Of a stretch of DNA of 64,000 nucleotides, positions 35,501-46,700 are shown one piece after another (position 1 is the stretch's first letter; the number at the start of each line of letters is the position of its first letter). The translations under genes and the position numbers were made by a program. The DNA lies in assembly GCA_965637545.1 (NCBI GenBank), contig OZ281497.1:16244001-16308000 (forward strand), written 5' to 3'. Origin of the DNA: Phallusia mammillata (lineage: Eukaryota). A model generated the notes under the pieces. The model saw only the letters and a list, made by a program, of their open reading frames with translations, was not told the origin of the DNA and ran no database searches.

Positions 35501-38500
35501 TATTGTTTTTGTCCGTATTTTTTTTTTCTTTTTTCTTTTTTTCTTTTTTTCTTTTTTCTGTCTAACGCTGGTTTGTTAAACGCATTTGGTCAAGAAAGAG
35601 TGCTTCAAATGTATTCAAATTTGGACAGATGTTAGTTATTAATCTAAATTTGATCCTCCTGAAGTTTGACCCCGAATTACCCAGTGGTTCACCCACAGGC
35701 CCCCAAAATGCAAATTTTTTAAAACATGGTTTGTTATATGCGTTTGGTCAAGAAAGAGTGCTTCAAATTTGTTTAAATTTTGTCAGATGTTAGTTATTAA
35801 CCAAAATTTGATCCTCCTGAAGTTTGACCCTGAATGACCCAGCGGTTCACCCACAGGCCCCGAAAACGTAAAATTTTTAACGCTGGTTTGTAACGCTGGT
35901 TTGGTAAAGAAAGAGTGCTTCAAATTTATTCAAATTTGGACATATGTTAGTTATTAATCCAAACTTGATCCTCCAGAAGTTTGACCCCGAATTACCCAGC
36001 GGTTTACCCACAGGCCCCCGAAACGTAAATGTGTCTAACGCTCGTTTGGTCAAGAAAGACACTGTAGGCAGAAGTCCCAAGAGAGTAACTCACTGGTTTA
36101 CGATAGCAGGAGGGCTCAGCTTGACGTCGGATAGACGTTTTACGAGACGTCGTTTCGGTGATTAGAAATCAGCTGTTTTGCACAGCAATGCTATTTCGTT
36201 TTATTAAGTTATCACTCACATTTTCAGTTTTGGCGAAGGTTTCACACCTATGACGTGATTTAAACCTAATAAGCGTGCTTCGGTTTCGTATATGTCAAGC
36301 AAAACTTGTTAATCAAAATAAAGTTGAAAAATCAAACTTGACATTTTTGCAAGATAAATGTGTTTTTTTAAATGCTCGTTGTCAGGTTGGCCGCCGCATG
36401 ACCATGGGTTACTTAAGGTCAACTAGTAGGTATTACTAACACAGTTCAGAACTTTCTTTCATCATAATGTAGTGTTTTTTTGCTATCAATTTAGGAATCA
36501 ACACTCAAGGCATGTATAAATTAGGTTAAACGGTTTTGTTGAACAGTAAGGACGGCGTCTATTGAAAACGGTGTCAATAGGTCAAACAGTCGTTTGGCGT
36601 GTGCACCCTGAGAGGTTACTGCAGGTCAATGGTACGACAATATCTGGGTCAAAGCAAGAGATTAAATTAAAGTATTTGTTTCGTTCTTTTTTAATGTTTT
36701 TGTAATTATATGACAATAATAGTGCAAAAAGAATACGAACAATTTTTTTATTGTTGGGTTAATGCTTTCTAAAAATTTGTTTTTAAAAATCTAAAAGTCA
36801 CCGCAACATTTGTTTACCGTAAATCCGCACAAACACGCGTGTGGGGACCCATTAGTTTTTGTTTACAAAAACAATCATATGTGTGGATCAAATGATGTGT
36901 ATAGTAAATTGGTAAATATCGTATAGAATATATAAAATGGAAGTATATCAGAAAGCCACCCTTCTAGTTAATATGACTTTTTTATGGTCAAGTTATACAT
37001 AACGCTGTACAATGAATTTTCTTGTTGGAACAATTTGCTTAATGATGTGTTTACGAAACTTTACGCTTACGCAATATGCATCAATTATGCTTTTTGAAAA
37101 CTTATACTATTGCAACAATCCAGACAGAAGTCACATTTAAGTATCAAAGGCTAGAAACATGACAACACTGGTTGGTGTCAGTTTGTCAGTACCTCTTGAC
37201 CTCCTTTCGTCAGTTTTTGTCAACTTACCGAGTGCTGTTTTACAAACAAGTCTGTTATGTTACGTGTAAATAGCGTATCGCAGAAGTACCGGAGCAAACC
37301 TACTAGATATTTATGACGAATACGTAACTGTACACTGCTTGTGTGTTTATCCTGCAACAACTAAACTACTCATAAGTGTCACAAAGACCTTTTTGCGCAT
37401 CAATCTATACATGTCATCATTTGAAATATTTGAATTGTATGTGTTAAGTCAACGACTTGGCCATCGTTAGCACAGCAGGATAAACGCAGGCGCGTCCGAT
37501 TTCTTTCGCCCTTAATAAGCACGAGGAAATTGCCTTTCTAAAACATGACATTGAGAAGTGGGGAGTCAACATATCAATATTTGACTGTGACAGCACGTTT
37601 GACTGTCGTGATTCTGTAATGATATACACTCATTATTATCTGCCTATTTTGCCTAAGCTCGTATTCAAACGGTCAAATTTGTAGGCATGTCCCTTTCTTG
37701 ATGTAACCGTTTTGTTCTTACTTAGTGTACCTATATCGATTGGAAGGGTCTGCGTGCTATTCCATGCAAAATTTCATTGGGAACAAAAATCAGGGGTTAA
37801 ATTTACCCAAAAATCCCTGTCAGGGAGCTTGTATCATTACAATGTATTCTTATACATAAGCCCTCTGGCATTGTTTGATTAAACTACTTTTGTCAATGTA
37901 AAGTGTTCTGTTCAGTGTAAAGTTTGCGTGATTCTTTCGGTTTTGTTACCAATCATACTACTATACCGGTATATGCATGTAAAACAATGGCCGCGTTTAC
38001 AAGCTACACTTTTGAGAAGTACTCACCACCATCACGCCATATGTTATTGTGCTTTCAGCTGCAACATGTCGCCGACGCGCAAACCGCCCTCTTACAACAG
38101 GTGACGTCACTTGCGCAGGAGCACGTGACGTATCGCGAAGACGTCAGCAAGGTGCGACGGGTGAGTGGCGTGATACTGGTCTGTTTACTGTTTCCCGGTT
38201 CAAAACCCCTAACGTGTGCACGAGTAATGTAAATAAATAAACAACTTTGTTTAGGCCTCCTAAAGGAAAACACGGTTAATCATGGCTAATGTGCTTGTTG
38301 ACATCAGTGGCCTGTTTCTTCCGGTTCAGTGTTGTTGTTTTGGTTTAAAAAAGTTAATTCCTCCCTGTTGATTTGGTTTTCTATATTGTTTTTGCCCTCC
38401 TTATACATAAAGATCTGTTTGGCCCAATACAACATCATAAACCAGACTTAATCACTATATATGTAAACTAAAGGTAGTAATAGTAATACACAGACAAAAT

Positions 38501-40000
38501 GCTGGCGATTTTGTGTTTAAGTGCTAAAATGGCGTTTTTTTGTTTGCGGCAAATTGTAAACAAAAGTCAATAAAGGAACAAAGGCGCTTTTGATGTGAAC
38601 ATTTGATTACGGGGAAGCAAACAACACTGCCTATTGTTGCTTTCCACCAATTGATGGATAAAAATGATAGCAGGGGCAATTTAGTGTCGACCAATAGCTT
38701 CCGTTGCGCACTTTTTCAACAAATCAAAATCGGCCATTGTATAGTTCACGTTATTTTGTACAATAAGTTAAATAAAACTGTTGCCAATAAAAAACTTTCC
38801 GTACTTATCGATGTAGTATTGTGTTATTTTTGCCAAATCAGTTTAACATAATGGATCTTGACAATGAACGCATTGTAAATCAAGGGAGAATTTCTTTTTG
38901 CTTCTAATGTCACATTAAACTTGCTTATGTGATAATGCCGTGGGCGACCATGGTTTTATTGGTTTAAGACTTGTGGCCCATTTAATGCGTTCAAGTTACG
39001 ACAGTCTGAATTATTTATATGCTCGCCTGTAACTAACTCGTTGTTCCCTGAAGGCCAGCCAGCCCTCAGTGATTGAACTCGCATCACCTTCATACCGCCA
39101 AGTTTCGATTGGTTTAGAAATTGATGTTCCTACAGCATTCTACCACAGTATTTTTTGAAAAGCGAAAATCGCGCGTGATTTAAGTTGTGAAAAATGCTCC
39201 TGGTCCATTGTTTGAAATTTTGTCCGGCAATATTTAGTAAAATGATCCTGTGTGTTTACACACTAAAAGTGAAAAAAAGTGTTGTTTTTCTTGCTTTAAA
39301 GTACTCTCTTTTTGTTACAGAAAATTAACAATTTAAACAGCATCCTGTGTGTTTACACACTAAAAGTGAAAAAAAGTGTTGTTTTTCTTGCTTTAAAGTA
39401 CTCTCTTTTTGTTACAGAAAATTAACAATTTAAACAGCATCCTGTGTGTTTACACACTAAAAGTGAAAAAAAGTGTTGTTTTTCTTGCTTTAAAGTACTC
39501 TCTTTTTGTTACAGAAAATTAACAATTTAAACAGCACATTAATCGAACTCTCCCAAGAAGAACAAAAACTAAAAATCCGAGTGGAAACGATAGAAAACAC
39601 TGCAGCGTCATCCAGTGACGAAAAACAATTGAAAAGTGATAAACACGAGGGGGCGGAAGAGAGCAAAACTTTACCCAACGATAAAACAAAGCCATCGGAG
39701 GCAATACACGATACAAAGCAGGAAGATCCCGTGCTAACGGATCGAGGTACCGAAGTGTCCCCGTCGCACAACACAGATGTTAGAGTCGGCGATACCACGA
39801 CAAGCTTCACTGAACTGCCAATCAGAAAACGTCATGCATCACGGGGTGCGGGAATAGTTAAAAGTTTTCAACTGAAAAGTAAGCAGTTTTTGAAATATAT
39901 TTTCTTACATTTTTTGCATGTCGTAGTGCTACAAATCGTAAAAGGAGAGAAGCTTAAGACATCATGAACTGTTACAGGTTTTACACTGCTTTACACGTGA
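32528..40000 (+). CDS. EFCAB14: EFCAB14 (KIAA0494)-like type II membrane coiled-coil protein; 3' end uncertain and no EF-hand found
   Basis: Exons 32528-32561, 32729-32867, 33160-33344, 33415-33551, 34064-34141, 34653-34799, 35129-35236, 38059-38151 (or 38160), 39515-39878, and tentatively 39978-40000. N-terminus MKKRKELDALIG and TM/juxtamembrane ICLPACILALVAACVTSSIGIVWMQVQLKSDLDHIKDR closely resemble recalled human EFCAB14 (MKKRKELNALIG; LAACVVACVGLVWMQVALKEDLDALKEK). Confidence 0.82.
35471..36969 (+). mobile_element. Third DINE-1/HINE-like copy, inverted relative to the 9169-10565 copy, in an EFCAB14-like intron
   Basis: ttatgggtccccttccctgaagggaacac...ggggacccat (36843-36852)...cttctagtt. 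Shares the microsatellite and 158-bp repeats; carries a private insertion (about 36362-36599) and a deletion of about 140 bp. Confidence 0.8.
39245..39535 (+). repeat. Perfect 3 x 97-bp tandem repeat spanning an intron/exon boundary
   Basis: atcctgtgtgtttacacac starts at 39245, 39342 and 39439. Each unit contains ctctctttttgttacag|aaaattaacaatttaaacagc. Confidence 0.95.
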
Positions 40001-40729
40001 AGAAAGTCTGAGGTGGTAAACTAATACAATGTTTACATTATGTCAATATATTGCTTGATAACAAAAACGATACTCGGGCATAAAACCAATGGAAATGTAT
40101 TTACTCCTAAAATTTAAACAAGCATCTCCGCTAGATGTCGTGGTAGAGTAATTTTTAACCCAATTATTTCACCATCACAATGTGGCAGTTCGCAGTCATC
40201 AACACCATAGCGTTGTCACAAACTGAATTAGCGCTCCCAGAACTTTAAGTCTGGGTAATGGTGAAATATTAAAAACAAGTAGCGGTTCAAATTACAAGTC
40301 ATGGTTACGTTTCATGTTTATCTCACTTTTACAAATGCGTAGCTTGAGTTGATTGGTGTATGTTCACATTAGGACTCATGGCGCGACGATGTTTTTGTTT
40401 GGCTAGTGACAGTGAATGTTAAAGAAATTAAAGAACTTGCGTCTGGTCCTTAAAATGAAATGGGTAAATTTGACCGCTCTTTTACAGTCACAATTTTTCC
40501 GCCAAGCGGCGCTACTGGCCAATTTTAAATGTCCTTTCGCCTTACCTTTTTGTTTTCTTTGAATTTAAAACTTGAATGTCCAACGTCGTGTTAAACGTGT
40601 GGTTATGTGTTTTTGAGTAAACAGGGAACTGTTTTGCATACAACAAAATAGGTTGCGTTGACATACATTGCCAGCAATATGTTCAGTTTAATGTTTGTGT
40701 GTCGCAAAACACTTCGGACAAAATTGCGA

Positions 40730-40795
40730 CCAATCATTAGCCAATACTCCATATTACATGCCAATGAGCCGAAATATCACCGCCAATTGGCCAAT
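40730..40795. promoter_or_regulatory. CCAAT-box cluster (candidate NF-Y promoter)
   Basis: CCAAT at 40730, 40741, 40761, 40783 and 40791, plus an overlapping ATTGG at 40786, all within 66 bp. Confidence 0.5.
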
Positions 40796-43700
40796 CACAT
40801 TGCGACAATATATCTCCATTAACACAATACCTGCAACATTGAATTGATGCAGCATCGAATGTATCTTAATTTTAAGTCATTGGGTTGTTGTTGAAGACAA
40901 AATGCATTGTTACATTTGCATGAAAGAAGTGAAGCCCCACGACTTGCATAACATCAGCTTCATATCTCGCAAATGCTGCGTCTGATGTATGGAATTGATT
41001 TAAGTTGCCGCTATTCAGGCGGTCGGTTCTTCACGCCTTGTACGGAAACTGTGTCTCGCCGCGCTCAAAATAAAAGCGTTTTTATATCAGGGCCAATTCT
41101 CTTTTGTGTATCGCAACTTTCAAAGTCGTCCGGTCAAATTGCGTATTTGCAAAGCGCGATGTTGTACGATTGGCCAGTTTAACCGGTTGTCAATTGTGTA
41201 ATCCGACTTTCGCGCAGCTGTCAGCGAGGTCGCGCCGTCCTCCGCTATCCGTTTCGATTAACCAACAAGCCCCTCGCGGTGTAGTATCCCTGCACCACTG
41301 GCTGTTTGCCAACATGCACTTACCGGGTATCGAACTGTCATCGGCCGCCGATCGAGGCTCGTTTTCCCGCCGCCGCTCTCCCCGGGGACTGGTCGCACAC
41401 TTGCTCCACTGGCTCGGGAAACCAGTGGCCACGTTTCGCGACCAAAGACTCGCCTGTATTCGTTGCTATGGCGCCGCCAAGTACAAGTTGTGCCTATGCC
41501 TTAAATTATTTCTTTTACATGGGACATGTGACACAGAAATGTCCAGGTTTGCCAAACCCAAATGCAGAGCCCGGATTTGATTGTGATCGACTTTTATTAC
41601 TGCGGTCTAAAATGCTGTCAACTACATGTTGATTGTGACAGCACGAAAGAATTTTCTCGAATAGTCGCCTAAATTTCATTTGTTGTGCTAAAGTATGGAA
41701 AATATTTTATTGATTCTAAACTTGAAAAGAATCAATAGCTTTAATTTAAAATGATTGTTGGTTCAAGGCATCAAGTTCAAGTTAACTATAGTTTTGACAC
41801 TTTTCGCTTCACGAGTTTTAATAGTTGTTTAAGACTTCTGGTTTCTGTGGACCATGAATTCATTTTAAGTTTGTCACATAACTATTTGAACACGTACCGA
41901 TTTATGATATTATCTACTGTTACGTTTTAGTGATAAAAAAGCTTATGACCATATGCAGTTGTAAATGTTTTTGAAAAAATCCACAAACAAATTTTAAATA
42001 AATATTTGGGTTAGAGATCCGAAATGTTTGGAAACCACTGATTTAGATAATGGCAAACAAACTTCACTGTTCAAAGGGTTTCGGTGCAATGAGACGTAAA
42101 ATCTATTAAGTTAATGGAAAAAACAAAGGCCGTGTAAATGCATGCATTAATATGCTTCGGTTTTTATTTTCGTCTAAAATTTTCAATTTTATGTCCGACC
42201 AAAAGCCCACAGAAAGTTATTGTATGAACCAAACAAGGCAACGCCGGCAAAAAGAGTGACCTTACACTTGCCAATAATCATGTTTTTGTTAAACAGGCGG
42301 GGCAGCGGTTGAGACTCGGCAAAACCACAACACACACGACCATGGTGAGTTTTGTCACTTCGTGTTGCTTTCTCGGGCGTGTGTAAATATTTAAGCGCCT
42401 TGACCCCTCCCCGCATTTACAAGACAATCGATTTGCCTTGTACTTAGCATTAACGCCTCTTGTTCACCAACAACCGCTTTATGTTGAAACGTGACCCGCT
42501 TGGGTTGTAACCGGTTGAGATGACCGTGTTTCGCAGCACGGCACGTGTAGCTTTTATCACGTTCACTTGTTCATCGAACAGACGGTGATATATTCTCCTA
42601 CTTTGTAAGGATTTGGGGGAAATTTCCACCCGTTCTGTGTAGTGGAATAGTATGTACACGGTTTACACGTTAGATGATGTGAATGTTATGTGTATTAGAG
42701 TATCACTGGTAAACAAGGCATATTTAAGTATATTAAACAAGACTGCTGGAATGTTCAGCCTAGTGGTTTGTATTTTGTGTGAACATATGTAGTATACCAC
42801 TATACCAAACATAGGTACCATAAAGGCACAACGAAATTCATTTGCGAAACGCTAGGACCTATTGTTGCAACATACCATGAAAAACTTAAAAATATGATTT
42901 GTTACGAAACATGTGTGTTACGTCATCGTATTGTTGCAACTTATACGTCATCTTATACGTCAAACGCTAAAAACTGAAGGGTGAAAACAATTCCATTGAC
43001 TTAACTAAGCCTACATCTTCCCATGTCCCTTGAAATCGTGTGTCCATAAGTTACCCACATCGATGATGCAATACAAATGTTTCACAATGCGAGGTTAAAT
43101 ACAGCAGAGAGAATGTCCCAATCACGCGTTGGCATTAACGAATAAGGTCGACCTTATGTTGTGATGATGTTTCCCTCATGAAAGCGTTGACACCGCGGGG
43201 TGAAATAGGTTTCATTGTTCTTCTGTGGCAAATATTTGTGTGAGCTGATAACAGAGAAGAGCTGGGTTGTTAGTATTCCAGGAAACTGTGATGCAATATT
43301 CATGCACTAAATAATAGTGAAGGGAATTTCCACTGCATAGTAATAACACATTGTCTCCTTGATGATGAACTGCGGAAAAGGTATAGGTCACGTCGCAATA
43401 AAAGTTTTCTGCCTGGAAATAATCCTATACGCCTAAAATCATGTTTGTTTCCCATGTGTCTTTTTTCTGTGAACATTTCCCAACAACATGCTTTAATACA
43501 TTCCTGACCCCAAAACATGCAAAATCAGTCCTAGAAACTGAAACAATTTCCGGTGGTAACAATCTGATCCATATAAGCTAAACGATGATCGGTTTGCACT
43601 CCCCTGCCTTGCTTTTGTATAACTGTACCTGGGGGTCGCGAACCCGAAGGAACCGGTGTCTTTGTTTCACCCGGAACTGTTGTCACCTGCAGCTACGACG

Positions 43701-46700
43701 TCTCCTCATTAAAATGTCACAGGAAATTAATATCGACCTAAGCGACTCGCGGCATTTTCACCGGCTTAATGCTTTACTTTAAGATTATGATCCTTGTTGG
43801 CCCCTCGCAAATACCAGGCTTGTTTACTTGCTAGGACGATTTCTTTTGAACACTATTTTTACGCTCTATGGGTCCTTATTGGTCGTATATAGCAGTGTGT
43901 ATTCCAAATTGCGGTTGGCATTCGCACATTACAAGCTTATGAGATATTTCACCACGATGCTTGGGCTTTATTGCCGTGTCGTCAGATTCTCAATGTGATC
44001 TCCTCCCTTGGGTAAATTAGCAAATCCTACTGTCGGACCTCAACCCAGCACCTCCCTGCTGTCTACATGCATTGGCCGTTAGGTGTAATACACCAGGTAG
44101 GGCTTGTGTCGAAACCCCCTTAGCTTTTTGCGAACCAAATTGATCCTCTGTGGGATGAAGTCGTTCCCTGTGGGTATTATGAGTGTTATATCCGTCTGCA
44201 AAGCCTGGGTCTCAGCCTCATCGTCAATCATTATGCTGTTCATATAGGTTCCCGGCAAAATAGAACAATGCTGTAGGGACTTTATGGTCAGACCAGCACG
44301 TGTGGGTTTTCAAGGATGCTTGTTTAAGCTGAACAGAAATCGTTTGTGCCGCAAAACCTGGTATATTTTTAACCCGAAAGTTTTGTGTAGTTTTTCGCGT
44401 GGTAGGATAAAGTGATAAATGTAGATCATTTCGCTTTAAAATTACCAAAAACAACAATGTTTCACAACTTATATTTAGATCAACAACGTGTAGATTTTCT
44501 GATGGATTACTTCAGTGACGTCATTAGCGGTTTCGCACGGATGACTAGACACATTCCGAAATGTAAATTAATTACCGAGAAATGGTACTTCATTCAAGTT
44601 ACTCATTTGACATCGGGTCCCATATCTGCCATCGATTCCGCGCACATAAAAACACAGTATGAAACTGATCAATGTATATTCCCCTATTGCTCAGCACAGA
44701 GCCACAGAATATAACATTTTTCTGACATCTAATAATTCCTGTTTTGCTTGTCCGGGAAACCCCCCAAAACGAATGTGTATCTTGTCCCAGTGGGCGAAGT
44801 TACCAGTTACTCACTACCTCAATTAATTATTAAACTACGACCTTTTGCGCACACGTTATTATGTCTCTAATACTGCACCCTTTTCCCCTTCCTTGCAGTC
44901 GTTTCTCATTTCAGATCGAATTATCAAAGCCCGCAGTACTTTGCCTTAGAAATCTACTTGGCACCTGGCCTTTTGATGCCTGGGTGTAAAGACTTAGGTA
45001 AACCGTGAGAACAAACCACTTAGTACAAGTATAAAACCCGAACATTGCGTTGGAGATAAACTAATAAATATGTCCCAAAGATTGTACCAATTTTTTCTTA
45101 TTTTTTTCCACCCTTATGGCTGCGTGTGTTTGCGCCGATTGATGGATCAACCAGATTTCTGTTTCACCTTTCATGAGTAAAGCAAACACTTACAGCCCCA
45201 GCTGGTATCGATTAGTGAAGACCTATGGCTTTTTGCGGAGGAATTGTTAACCCGTTGCAATAGGGCGATAAACCCTTCTTTGAAAACCACTGACATATAT
45301 AATTCAATGTTAGATTTTTGTTAAACCAAAAATCACTCGTCCATGACAACCCCCAACCGGGAAGTATTTCGTATCACCCTGTTTTTCAGCTATTTCCGGC
45401 AGTCGTTCACGGTTTACGTCAATGGGTAAGTACTAAGCGCAACAACAAAATCACATCACTCCGTTTGCCAACGTCAATCAGTTGCGATCCAGGTTGTACG
45501 TGCGCGCCGGAGTTCGGTGCGGTGATTCCCGCAAAACTATTTTCAGATCCTGGTCACAGGAATTGCGCCACAACACAAGTTTGGTGACCGCCACCCAGCT
45601 GGCCACCGCTTACAAACTCAGATCACCTTTTTACAGCTACGTGTAGTAATCCTGTTATGTCCCCCCTAGATCAGTAACCGACCCCGAGCGACCCCCTGAA
45701 TCGATGACGTCATCGCTGCGGCCAAAAGTCGGAAGAAATTCAGAATACGAGCATTGGACAAAAGAAAAAAACTCCCTTCGGCCGCGGCCCGTCGACGTTT
45801 GTTGTGTTAAATCGCCCGGTTTCCGACCGTTTATTGCCGCTGCCCGACAGGAGAAACGCCCGGCGCTGCTTGTAATTGATGTTGGCGCTCTGTGTAAACA
45901 CGACGTCGCACCCTTCAGTGCACAGATCCTGTGGGAATGTCGGCCACCGTTTAACATCAACAAATTGTCTCGATTCTCGGAATATCCCACCTGGTCGGAC
46001 CAGTTGTGAATAAACTGACACCAAGCACCAGCACCCTCAGCCATTACAAGTGTTACATGAAGTCTGCGGTTGTATTGGCGGATTTATTATGCTGTAGCAA
46101 TATTGTGTAGCGAAATTTATTTTGACCAAGCATCTGTGGTTAAAAAAAAAACTAGAAAAAATGTAGAATCATTACGCCGTATGTGTTTTGTATGAAAACC
46201 ATGTCCATATTTTTGCGTAGACCCTTTTGTAAAGCACAGATATCCTTTGTACCAAATCCGCTATGTGTTGATTTCCAAACATTGTGCAAGATTATTCCGC
46301 CAAAACCACACCCTAACATATAAGTGGTGCTTATATGTGTTCCTTATGAGCTAAAGTGTTGAACAGGTCACTATGATTTTACTGTCCGGTACACATAATG
46401 TAGGATGGTGTTTTCCGAAGCGAAAAGTTTGAAAATGAAAGACCGAGTTACTTTACTTTTAAATCGAGTTAAACCTTCGCGACTGACCGAGCAGGCCTGG
46501 TAGGATTTGGGCAGTAAACCTTTTTTTGACGAAACGTAACGTTGTTTTACGACACAACATACCTTCGGCGGAGTTAGCAGAGATCTAATCCGAGACGTTC
46601 GTCCGTTTGACTCACTTCCATATCGTCTCGCATCTCCCCGTTCTCACCCACTTCTCACTTGCGGCCGACGGATTAAATAAGCCTCCAGTAATGCCAGATA

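Noticed and set aside
45224-45234. miR-135-like seed match TATGGCTTTTT
   Set aside because: Only 11 nt match and no complementary star arm is nearby.
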